A stretch of 64,000 bases of DNA from Vicinamibacterales bacterium (GTDB lineage: Bacteria > Acidobacteriota > Vicinamibacteria > Vicinamibacterales > UBA8438), in assembly GCA_958296065.1 (NCBI GenBank), contig CATQHX010000079.1:68417-132416 (forward strand), given 5' to 3'. The position numbers and the translations under genes are program-made. Shown here one piece after another: positions 56,110 to 64,000 of this stretch. Position 1 is the stretch's first letter; each line of letters opens with the position of its first letter. The notes beneath the pieces are model-generated. The model worked only from the letters and a program-made list of their open reading frames with translations, was not told the origin of the DNA and ran no database searches.

Positions 56110-59100
56110 TCAGTTCAGCACTCGGAGTTGAGTCATGCTGTGAACCGCCCGCTCGAACACGGCACGCAACAGGGCCGGATCCTGAATCGGTTCCCGCAGT
56201 GGGGCCTGCGGAACCGTACGGGTCAGGGGCTCCAGGCAGTGCAGGATTCGCTGCTTCATCCGCTCGCTTCGCCGACTGGGCGGCCTTGCCTGCATGATAG
56301 CCTTGGCCAGCGCCCCGACGGACCCGGCGCGAACCCACTCGAACCAGGAACGCTGGCCGAGCCGGATCGCGCGGCTGTGCACTTGCAGTCCGGTCCCCCG
56401 GCACCGCGGACAGTCGACCGAGCGCGTCGAGCTGCTCAGTCGTTTGCGCCATTCCGGGTGCTTGCTGCGTTCTGATTCTCCAAGGACGGCGCGCACGAGA
56501 CCGTCCCAGCGCAACCATGAACGAACGTCTTCAGGTTTGGCGCGCGGATTCTTCAGGAAGCTGCCGTGGCCCGGACGACACCAGAACCCGTGCATCAGGA
56601 TGGATCGGTCTTCAGGATCGAGCCGCGAGAACGATCTGCCCCGCGCCCACAGACCCTCGGCGATCATCCGCTTGAAAAACGGCAACCACGTGTTGCGGCG
56701 GACGCCTCGGAGCACGCCAAGTGCTTCGGCGCGGAGGAATCCGTTGTCGGACGGATCGGCCGCGGGACGGGCGATCAGGAGGTCCTCCTCCACCGTCTGA
56801 ACCGAGCCGGCGCCCGCACAGCAAGGGCATCGTCCGGCGGCGTGGAACCGCGACAGGCTCGACGATTCCGGCGACAGCGGCGCGACAGCCGGCGACTCGA
56901 ACTCTATATTGAGGTGACGGATTTGGATCGTCTTCAGGACACGTTGTCGACCGTCTACGAGCTCGACGTACCCTCCACCGATCGCGAGCGCATCGCGCAA
57001 GCTCCGCATGCGTTCGCCGGAAGTTCCGCGATGCGACCCGAAGCGCTTTCCCGTGGCGCGGACCGCCGCTAGGTTCGATGGGACCGACATGTCGAGAGGG
57101 CTATCCAATCCCATGTGACGGAGGCGGTCCCGCACCGTCCGCAACACGGAAGCGGGGAGCCGAGCGCCCCATACTCGCAACTCCTCCAGCAGCGGGTGGA
57201 CTTGAAGGTGCGCGTCAGGCTTCGCGGCCCAGATCTCGCCCAGACGTGCGAGTTCGCCGACGCGATCGTCCTGCCGATCCAGTAGCAAGCGCGCGATCTC
57301 GATATCGAGCCCGCCGATCTCGTATGGACGGGCCACCGCTGCCGCCTCGTCGATCACAACCGCCAGCGCGTCGAAGTCGACGGGATCCAGTGCGTCGGCC
57401 GGTACATCCTCACCAATCAGACGCTTGAGCCACTGTCTGGCGCTGCGGAAGGAGACGACCGGCTCGGCGTGCCGTGCCTTGGACGCAGGGCTGGCGACAG
57501 TGCCAGCGACGGGTCCCGAGTGCGCCTGCTTTCCTTCCAGCGCGCGCCCCGTCGCAGTGTCGCAAGCGACGATCTCAGCCGGAGGACCCTCCCCTACGAC
57601 GCGGCCGCCAGCCGGTCCCCCACCGGGGCCGAAGTCGATAATCCAATCGGAAGTACGAATCAGATCGGTATTGTGCTCGACCAGGAGCACCGTGTTGGCG
57701 CCACCGGCGACCACGCGGTCGAGGACCCGCAACAACCGCGCCACGTCCTGGGGATGGAGGCCAGCCGACGGCTCGTCCAGCACGAGGAGCAGTCCTTCCG
57801 TACGCCGATTGGCCAGAGTCTGGGCGATCCGAAGGCGCTGGTGCTCGCCTCCGCTGATTCGGTCGAGGCGGCGCCCGAGCGTCAGGTAGCCGAGGTCCAG
57901 TGTGACCAACTGCTCCAGCAGCGACCGCCAGCCGGCTTCATTGGTGATCGAATGGGCCAGCAGTTCGTCTATGGGCAGTTCCAGAATGTCCGCCACGCTG
58001 TGGCCGTCGAGACGGACGCTGAGAGCCTCTTCTCCGAATCGGCGGCCGCCGCAGTGCGGACACACCACCGAGTCCCCGGAATCTTCGATCTCACCCAACC
58101 CGAGGCAAGTCTGACAGCGGCCCCCGCCCGCGTTCCAGCCGAAATCGGTGGCCTTGAGATCCAGGCGGCGAGCTTCCGGGCGGCGAGCGAAGATCCTCCG
58201 CAGGTCGTTGGCCATCCCAAGCAGTGTCCCCACGGCGCTTCGTCGCTGGGAGCTCGGCGTCCGAGGTTCGAGCGCCAGGACGGACGAGATGCAGGACGCA
58301 CCTGTGACGCGGTCCCAGGATCCGCCGTCCCATACAAAGCCTTCAGCGTCGACCCGGCCCGGCAGCTCCTGCGCCAGGGCCGGGACGAGAATGCCACGGA
58401 CGAAACTCGACTTTCCCGACCCGGACACGCCCGTGACGGATACGAGTCTCCCGATCGGGATGTCGCACGTGACGTTCGACAGCGTGTGGATGTGCGCGCC
58501 GGAGACCGTGATCCGTATGTCGTTCGAGTCTACGGTGAGATGGCGGCGGTGCTCCGCGCTCTGAGATATCTTCTCAAGCATTTGCTGCGGCGGTCCCTGG
58601 CCGACGATCCGGCCGCCGTCGCCGCCGGCGCCAGGGCCAATTTCCAAAACCTGATCGACGAACCGAGCCAGTGAAATCCGGTGCTCGTTTATGACCAGCG
58701 TGTGCCGGCGCTTCAAGCTTTCCAGAGCACCGGAGAGCCGCGCCACATCCTCTTCGTGGAGACCCCGCGCGGGCTCGTCCAGCATCAGCGCCAAGCCTTC
58801 CCCGCGCGTGCGGAGAAGGGCTGCCAGCCGGGATCGTCGGCTCTCTCCCTCGCTCAGGGTGAGCATTCCGCGTTCGGCCGAAATGTGCCCGAGACCCGTC
58901 GCGACGAAAGCGGATGCCGCTATATGCAGGGCGCTCGCAAGCGGTCGGGACGGACCGGCCAGGGCCTGCTCCATGGCGCCACCTGGCTTCGACAGTTCCC
59001 GAAGTTCGTCGAACGAGAGCCCGAGGAGTTCATGCATTCCCCAGTGCCCCAGGCGTAGGGCCTGAGCTTCCCTCGACCAGCGTGTGCCGCAGCATTCCTT

Positions 59101-60369
59101 GCACGGGCCATCCGTCACCAGAGTCGCGAGTCGCGAGGCGGAAGCCCTTCCGTCGGCCCGACGTAGAATCTCCGGCACGAAGCCCCGGAAAGGCCGTGGC
59201 GAGCTCACCTTCCGCCCGGTTCGCCGATCGATGTCCGCTACGATCTCGCTGCCCGAACCGAAGAGAACAAGATTTTTCGCATCCGAACTGAGGCGCCCCC
59301 ATGGTATGTCCGGAGAAAAACCGCGAAGTCCACGCAACCCCTCGATCGTCTCGTGCTGGATATTAACGTAGCGATAGTTCTTCTCGGTCCAGAGGGTGAA
59401 CGCTCCCTCGTGCATGCTCCTTTCCGGATGAGCCGCAAGCGCCTCTACGCGCACCGATCTGGCCGTGCCGAGTCCTTCGCAAGCCCTGCAGGCGCCGCTA
59501 TCAGGATTCGAGAAGGAGTTGAATGAAAGGAGCGCTTCGCTGGGGCAGAAGAATGGCGCCAGGACTTCGGGATGAACCCGATGCGCGGCACTGTCGAGCT
59601 GTAAGCCACGCTCGGTCCGAAGTTGTCTCGGCAGGGGCGCGCCGCCCTCGAACTCGACGATGACGTCGCCGCCGACGGCGAAGGCGCGCTCGAGCATGGC
59701 CATCAAGCTCGCGCATCTACCCGAAACTTGTGTTCGTCCGATTTCCGCCTCGATCAAGTGGCGAGTATTCTCGGCGAGAGGGCGGAACTTGGCGAGATCG
59801 ATCTCCCGGCCTCGGCGAGCCGGGGAATCCGTTTCGCTAGAGAGCATCGCAACGTTGAGCCCGTGCTGTCGTAAACGGGCCACGGCGCTTGTGCCATCGG
59901 TGCGCCGCCACCGTTCAGCGACGACCCATACGATCAGCGAGCCGGTGTAGTGTCGCTCTATCCATGCGGCGTAGCTGTGCGCCGATGCTAGTGGAACGAC
60001 ACTTGCGGCCTCTTCCGCCCATGGTGCCGAGTATCGGCTGAAGTAGCGCCGCAGCAGCGCCAGAAGGCCCGTGGATGTGCCGACGGTCGTCCGCCGTGAC
60101 GCGCGAAAAGCGGCTTGAGCGAAATGTATGCCCGGCGGCAGGGGGCCCAGGAAGGCTGCAACGTCCCTGTCGTCGAGGTGCGGCTGCTGGACACGCAGGA
60201 ATCGCCGCATGCGCGAGTTGATCTCGGTCGCCAGCGTGTCGGCGAGCAACGAACTCTTGCCCGAGCCGGATACCCCGACCAACATAGTGGCCTTCCGGAG
60301 CGGCAAAACCACGTCGACCGACTTCAGATTGTTCGTCCGCGCGCCGACAATCTCGATTCCTTCACTCAT
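56110..60369 (-). CDS. UvrA-like double-ABC ATPase with a ~470-aa C-terminal extension (1,419 aa)
   Basis: MSEGIEIVGARTNNLKSVDV start. Walker A GVSGSGKSS twice (aa 32-40, 647-655). Signatures LSEGESRR and ISGGEHQR. Walker B LMLDEPARGLH and LVLDEPSAGLH. Zn modules GACRACEGLG, CKECCGTR, CQTC...CPHCGG. VEHNTDLIRTSDWIIDFGPGGG. The extension carries CPCCAGAG and CPRCRGTG. Confidence 0.85.
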   Translation of the reverse strand: MSEGIEIVGARTNNLKSVDVVLPLRKATMLVGVSGSGKSSLLADTLATEINSRMRRFLRVQQPHLDDRDVAAFLGPLPPGIHFAQAAFRASRRTTVGTSTGLLALLRRYFSRYSAPWAEEAASVVPLASAHSYAAWIERHYTGSLIVWVVAERWRRTDGTSAVARLRQHGLNVAMLSSETDSPARRGREIDLAKFRPLAENTRHLIEAEIGRTQVSGRCASLMAMLERAFAVGGDVIVEFEGGAPLPRQLRTERGLQLDSAAHRVHPEVLAPFFCPSEALLSFNSFSNPDSGACRACEGLGTARSVRVEALAAHPERSMHEGAFTLWTEKNYRYVNIQHETIEGLRGLRGFSPDIPWGRLSSDAKNLVLFGSGSEIVADIDRRTGRKVSSPRPFRGFVPEILRRADGRASASRLATLVTDGPCKECCGTRWSREAQALRLGHWGMHELLGLSFDELRELSKPGGAMEQALAGPSRPLASALHIAASAFVATGLGHISAERGMLTLSEGESRRSRLAALLRTRGEGLALMLDEPARGLHEEDVARLSGALESLKRRHTLVINEHRISLARFVDQVLEIGPGAGGDGGRIVGQGPPQQMLEKISQSAEHRRHLTVDSNDIRITVSGAHIHTLSNVTCDIPIGRLVSVTGVSGSGKSSFVRGILVPALAQELPGRVDAEGFVWDGGSWDRVTGASCISSVLALEPRTPSSQRRSAVGTLLGMANDLRRIFARRPEARRLDLKATDFGWNAGGGRCQTCLGLGEIEDSGDSVVCPHCGGRRFGEEALSVRLDGHSVADILELPIDELLAHSITNEAGWRSLLEQLVTLDLGYLTLGRRLDRISGGEHQRLRIAQTLANRRTEGLLLVLDEPSAGLHPQDVARLLRVLDRVVAGGANTVLLVEHNTDLIRTSDWIIDFGPGGGPAGGRVVGEGPPAEIVACDTATGRALEGKQAHSGPVAGTVASPASKARHAEPVVSFRSARQWLKRLIGEDVPADALDPVDFDALAVVIDEAAAVARPYEIGGLDIEIARLLLDRQDDRVGELARLGEIWAAKPDAHLQVHPLLEELRVWGARLPASVLRTVRDRLRHMGLDSPLDMSVPSNLAAVRATGKRFGSHRGTSGERMRSLRDALAIGGGYVELVDGRQRVLKTIQIRHLNIEFESPAVAPLSPESSSLSRFHAAGRCPCCAGAGSVQTVEEDLLIARPAADPSDNGFLRAEALGVLRGVRRNTWLPFFKRMIAEGLWARGRSFSRLDPEDRSILMHGFWCRPGHGSFLKNPRAKPEDVRSWLRWDGLVRAVLGESERSKHPEWRKRLSSSTRSVDCPRCRGTGLQVHSRAIRLGQRSWFEWVRAGSVGALAKAIMQARPPSRRSERMKQRILHCLEPLTRTVPQAPLREPIQDPALLRAVFERAVHSMTQLRVLN

Positions 60370-61249
60370 AGAGGCTTCCGCGTTCTCTGTGAGCGTGGAG
60401 AACGGCGACGCGTCTCGAATCGAAAACCGTCGGAAAGTCACGGAAGACAACCGAGCAAGGGCCTCTGGAATGCAAAGTCCTGCAGTTGGAAAGCAGAAGC
60501 AAGTCACCGCGTTCCAGCGTAAACGACGTCGCGATGGATGTCGCGGCATCCTCCACGCCGGCGATATCTTCCTCGACCGCATGAACCGCACCACCCGATC
60601 GTCGTGCGGCCGCTCTGATCGTGTCCGGGTGATAGCGAATGGTGCCGGCGTCGACCATTCTTCCGGACCATTGCACCGCCGAACGATCGTTCAGCATGGC
60701 GACAGTATCCTGTACAAGGAAACGTCGCGTGCGTTCGTTGTACTCTCGGTTGACGAAGTCCAGCAGATTCCGGAGGCGCGCGATGCTGGTGACTCCATAG
60801 CGCGGACTCCCTGGGTCCGGCTCCAGACACTGTATCGCAGTAATCGCCGGAGGATGTGGCTCGGTGTTTAGATCCGTATGGAACTCCCCAGCCCGTGTCG
60901 TATGCGACAGATCCGTCGTCCATGGCGACATCTTGAAATGCTTGATCACCTTGCCGTTACGGTAGGTTCTCAGCGCTTCCCCTACCGTCAACGTGGCCAC
61001 GAGCAATGCTGCGCCGTCCTGGACCGAGGGAAACCCCCGAAGGACGGCGTAGTCGTTGTCTCGAAAAACTCGACGAACCTCATCCTGAAAGTGCCGCCAC
61101 GACTCGGTGTGAAACAAGAGGAGGTCGTCGATTCGATCCGAGACAACCATTTCCTCAAGACGGCATGCTGCGTCCGGGGCCGCGCACGTCTTTGCAACGG
61201 CAGCAGCCACCGGGCCAGGCGTCACGAGCTGCGCCACACAGTCCTTCAT
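60362..61249 (-). CDS. TauD/TfdA-like Fe(II)/2-oxoglutarate dioxygenase (295 aa), second copy
   Basis: HxD motif AGEFHTDLN (H124/D126). Distal GDLLLLSNCRTLHSRG. Its ATG overlaps the upstream methyltransferase stop by 4 nt, and its 3' end overlaps the UvrA-like start by 8 nt. Confidence 0.7.
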   Translation of the reverse strand: MKDCVAQLVTPGPVAAAVAKTCAAPDAACRLEEMVVSDRIDDLLLFHTESWRHFQDEVRRVFRDNDYAVLRGFPSVQDGAALLVATLTVGEALRTYRNGKVIKHFKMSPWTTDLSHTTRAGEFHTDLNTEPHPPAITAIQCLEPDPGSPRYGVTSIARLRNLLDFVNREYNERTRRFLVQDTVAMLNDRSAVQWSGRMVDAGTIRYHPDTIRAAARRSGGAVHAVEEDIAGVEDAATSIATSFTLERGDLLLLSNCRTLHSRGPCSVVFRDFPTVFDSRRVAVLHAHRERGSLYE

Positions 61250-61950
61250 GACGGCTTCATGAAGCGAAACACCAGCTTGCGCCGGTACTGGTGGTCCAAG
61301 AGGTCGTGGACAGAAGGGTATTTGAAGAGCGCGTCATCAGGGTCATAGACGATCCAACCGTCACGCCTCAAGGGCCGGAGCGCGCCGCGGAGTCCCGCGC
61401 CGGTTCCGGCACGAAGGATGTCGAATGGCGCCCGGTCGAAGACCGTCTGTCCTGACTCTCGCAGCTTGGCGCTCCAGGCTTCCCAGACGGGATTCTCCGT
61501 GTGGCACCCTGCCACGATGAACGCTCTACCCGTGCCGCGAAGGACACGAGCGATGTTTGCGAACAGGCTGGGAAGGTCCTCAAGCAGATGCAAGACTTCG
61601 TGGCATGTCACGAGATCGACGCTACCCGTCGGCACTTCCGCCCAACGTTCAGGGGGCAGGAGCGTCACCGTGGTGGCAAGCGCTCGCAGGCGGAAAAGGG
61701 CACGTTCGCGGCAGCGGCCGACCGGCTCGATACCGGTCAATCGCTCGGGGCGAAAAGCGTAGGCAAGCTTTGCCAGCAGGCCGCCGTGGTGACATCCCAC
61801 GTCGAGAACGCCAGGTATGGGGACACCGCCGGAGTCTCGCTGGATATGGCCAAGCAGACTCTGCCAGAAAACCTCGTTGGCCTGTTCGAGGAACGGATCG
61901 TCCTCGGGCAGTGGTACCTGAAGCATGGGCGAGAACAGGACATCCGGCAT
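61246..61950 (-). CDS. Class I SAM-dependent methyltransferase (234 aa)
   Basis: Internal ATG 61950 of ORF 61246-62394. Motif I VLDVGCHHGGL, GIEPV, VDLVTCHEVLHLLEDL, LRGTGRAFI. The start shares one nt with the upstream stop (TGATG). Confidence 0.75.
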   Translation of the reverse strand: MPDVLFSPMLQVPLPEDDPFLEQANEVFWQSLLGHIQRDSGGVPIPGVLDVGCHHGGLLAKLAYAFRPERLTGIEPVGRCRERALFRLRALATTVTLLPPERWAEVPTGSVDLVTCHEVLHLLEDLPSLFANIARVLRGTGRAFIVAGCHTENPVWEAWSAKLRESGQTVFDRAPFDILRAGTGAGLRGALRPLRRDGWIVYDPDDALFKYPSVHDLLDHQYRRKLVFRFMKPS

Positions 61951-62435
61951 CAGGGGCAGCGCTGAGGCGAGCAACCGCGCGCCTGAGTCTCGCCACCGCA
62001 GGGGTCGATGCCGAAGTGCCGGATGAAGAGCTCCCTGCTCTGTTCGAACGCCGCCGTGAGGTCCGCCCGGTCGGCCGGACCACGCATGCCGAAGTAGGGA
62101 AAGTGATGGAGGTACTCTCCGTACAGCTCGCGGCAATCCTTCTCGTACGCCCTCGTGTCCAGGATGTGGGCATGCCAGAAGTCGTCGATCGGCCCGGTCG
62201 GGCAGATCTTCCGGTCTCGGTACACGACGTTGAGAGCGAGAAACCGACGATACAGATCCTCGACCTCGTCCTGGTACTCGGGCGACCATCCTTTTTCTTC
62301 GCCAAGCTTTCGCTTGAGCATGCTGAAATCCAGCCGCGCCACGCGGTTGAGGGACGCCGCTACCTGAGCGTCGTTCTCCAGGAGGTTCTGACATTCATCC
62401 CAGTCGAGGGGTTGAGCGGCACTCGCGTTACTCAC
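61950..62435 (-). CDS. Small GRDP/DUF1399-like protein (161 aa), first gene of the UvrA-like operon
   Basis: PIDDFWHAHILDTRAYEKDCRELYGEYLHHFPY matches the 'D.(W)H.H.L.T..Y...C' core of glycine-rich-domain-protein-like (DUF1399) domains. Cys-rich tail CGGETQARGCSPQRCP. Confidence 0.55.
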   Translation of the reverse strand: MSNASAAQPLDWDECQNLLENDAQVAASLNRVARLDFSMLKRKLGEEKGWSPEYQDEVEDLYRRFLALNVVYRDRKICPTGPIDDFWHAHILDTRAYEKDCRELYGEYLHHFPYFGMRGPADRADLTAAFEQSRELFIRHFGIDPCGGETQARGCSPQRCP

Positions 62436-63107
62436 AGTTCATCCTCCGGTTCTGCAGAATCTCAAGAGTCGAAGATCATGGACGTCTGCCTCGCGTGCCG
62501 TCAGGTCTGGCGAAGCCCCATCCAGAACGCTGGGCGAATCTTGGTACACGGTGAAGCACGGCACCCGTGCTCCCGAAGCCGCCTGCGGCAGAGCGTTGTG
62601 AGCTCCCGGGCGGGCCTCCAAGCCCGAAGGCGCCAAAATCGTCGCGAACGCGCGGCCGCCACCCGCCCTTCGCGGACGAGGGGCGGCGAGAGCCCGCCTC
62701 CCTCGCCACGCGGGAGGTCGACGAGCGATCCTGGCTCTCCGCGGCGGAAAGACGAAGGCTCTGCGCGACCCTCGGCGACGACTGCATGCCTAGGTAGAAC
62801 ATGGACTTGTAAGCGTACTACGGCCTTGCGCCCAGGCACCAAACGCGCCAGCACTTCGGCGCTGTGGACTCGCTCGAACCACGGCGTCGCGACGCGGGCG
62901 GAAGGGACATCACGAGCATCCGCTCTCGGGACGTGGACTAGAATTCCGGCCGGAGGTCGTTGCGGGCGCGACGGGGGCTCCGCTGCGCGCTGGAACTGTC
63001 GGAGAGCTGGTGACCTCCGCGCCGGCGAGCCCGTTCGGAGTCGCTGCGCACCCGGAACTCCGGCGAAGGAGCGGGCCACGGGCTCAGCGAGCTTAACCTG
63101 ACGCAAG

Positions 63108-64000
63108 ATGGATCCGAGATTCTTCGAGCAACCGATCCTGAACTCCCCGTACGAGTACCCGTCTCGCCACTGGGAGCTCGACCCGAGCGGCCAGCCGACG
63201 AACCGGATCCTTCCCGAGCGCCGCAAGGTCGCGTTCATCACGCCGATCCCGAAGCCGAAGAAGCAGACGGGCATCCAGCAGGAGAAGATCCTCTTCGACG
63301 CGGCCGCGCAGGCGCTCGGGACCGAGGCGCAGCAGTACGACCTGTCCGCTTTCATCGGCGGCGTCCGCCAGCGCGTGGATCGCTGGCGCGAGCTGCCGGA
63401 TCCGAACGCCTGGGGCGTGACGCCGGAGACTGCGCGGCTCCTGACGCACTGGCGCAGCCATCGGTTCGGCGACATTCGGCCGTTCTTCTGCCAGGTCGAG
63501 GCGGTGGAGACCGCGATCTGGCTGACCGAGGTGGCGCCGACCCTCGGCAAGGAGGGCCGCCGGTTTCTCGATCAGATCGACGCCGCCAGCGAAGGGGCCA
63601 ATCCAGGCCTCGCGCGGCTGGCGCTGAAGCTCGCCACCGGCGCCGGGAAGACCACCGTGATGGCGATGATCATCGCCTGGCAGACCATCAACGCGGTGCG
63701 CCGGCCGGGCAGCCGGCGGTTCACGCGCGGCTTTCTGGTGGTGACCCCGGGCGTGACGATCCGCGACCGGCTGCGGGTGCTCCAGCCGAACGATCCGGAC
63801 AGCTACTACGCGAGCCGCGAGCTGGTGCCGAACGACATGCTCCGCGACCTGGAACGGGCGAAGATCGTCGTCACCAACTACCACGCGTTCCTGCGGCGGG
63901 AGACGCTGCCGCTGTCGAAGGGCGGCCGCGCCCTGCTGCAGGGGTCGGGCCCGGAACTGCGGACGAAGGAGACCGAGGGTCAGATGCTGCAACGCGTCAT
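63108..64000 (+). CDS. Type III restriction Res-like / DEAD-box helicase-family restriction enzyme subunit (N-terminal part, runs off the window)
   Basis: MDPRFFEQPILNSPYEYPSRHWELD is a characteristic N-terminus of this family. Helicase motif I KLATGAGKTTVMA (nt 63633-63653). VVTPGVTIRDRL. The frame is open to the window end; antisense ORF 63093-63992 is a shadow. Confidence 0.8.
   Translation, partial: MDPRFFEQPILNSPYEYPSRHWELDPSGQPTNRILPERRKVAFITPIPKPKKQTGIQQEKILFDAAAQALGTEAQQYDLSAFIGGVRQRVDRWRELPDPNAWGVTPETARLLTHWRSHRFGDIRPFFCQVEAVETAIWLTEVAPTLGKEGRRFLDQIDAASEGANPGLARLALKLATGAGKTTVMAMIIAWQTINAVRRPGSRRFTRGFLVVTPGVTIRDRLRVLQPNDPDSYYASRELVPNDMLRDLERAKIVVTNYHAFLRRETLPLSKGGRALLQGSGPELRTKETEGQMLQRV

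Noticed and set aside
56110-60369. Calling the large ABC protein the housekeeping excinuclease subunit uvrA
   Set aside because: It is about 480 aa longer than canonical UvrA and is translationally coupled to methyltransferases and a dioxygenase. It lies in a low-GC island next to defence-like genes, and its signature motifs are divergent (LSEGESRR). I treat it as a UvrA paralogue and assign no gene symbol.
62501-63550. 349-aa minus-strand ORF spanning the divergent spacer and the start of the Res-like gene
   Set aside because: Its downstream half is antisense to a strongly supported CDS and its upstream half is Arg/Pro-rich. A short stretch (VHVPRADARDVPSARVATPWFERVHSAEVLARLVPGRKAVV) looks vaguely protein-like but matches nothing I recognise.

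Overview
High-GC bacterial chromosomal window; I saw no rRNA, tRNA or CRISPR array. All calls come from reading translations and motifs by eye, with no database search. The backbone is a periplasmic oxidation neighbourhood. It holds seven PQQ-dependent dehydrogenase paralogues (6375-8129, 13420-15498, 15600-17384, 19513-21300, 23163-25244, 30981-32708, and a quinohaemoprotein at 32857-35013), a c-type cytochrome and a lactonase-like beta-propeller. Housekeeping-type genes sit around them: AI-2E transporter, GTPase/DUF697, HpcH aldolase, amidohydrolase, DinB, racemase/DUF1611 and gamma-glutamyltransferase. Four accessory cassettes interrupt this backbone. (i) 8.2-12.9 kb: a type I R-M cassette (hsdM, HEPN, in-frame MNT-hsdS) with no hsdR, abutting a truncated DinB gene. 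(ii) 17.4-19.5 kb: a decay zone of IS, TonB-receptor, vapBC and porin remnants. (iii) 25.3-28.8 kb: an OLD/PARIS-like ABC-ATPase-Toprim gene plus a polytopic membrane protein, directly downstream of a truncated vapC. (iv) 49.4-63.1 kb: a visibly lower-GC island of about 13.6 kb with the most interesting content. The island carries a RADAR-like operon (P-loop NTPase plus a 927-aa adenosine-deaminase-fold protein) extended by a translationally coupled TauD-type dioxygenase. That operon converges on a tightly packed five-gene operon built around a 1,419-aa UvrA-like double-ABC ATPase, with two SAM methyltransferases, a second TauD-type dioxygenase and a small GRDP/DUF1399-like protein. A type III Res-like helicase gene starts at 63108 and runs off the window. 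The convergent RADAR-like and UvrA-like pair is my best candidate for an undescribed defence or nucleotide/DNA-modification system.
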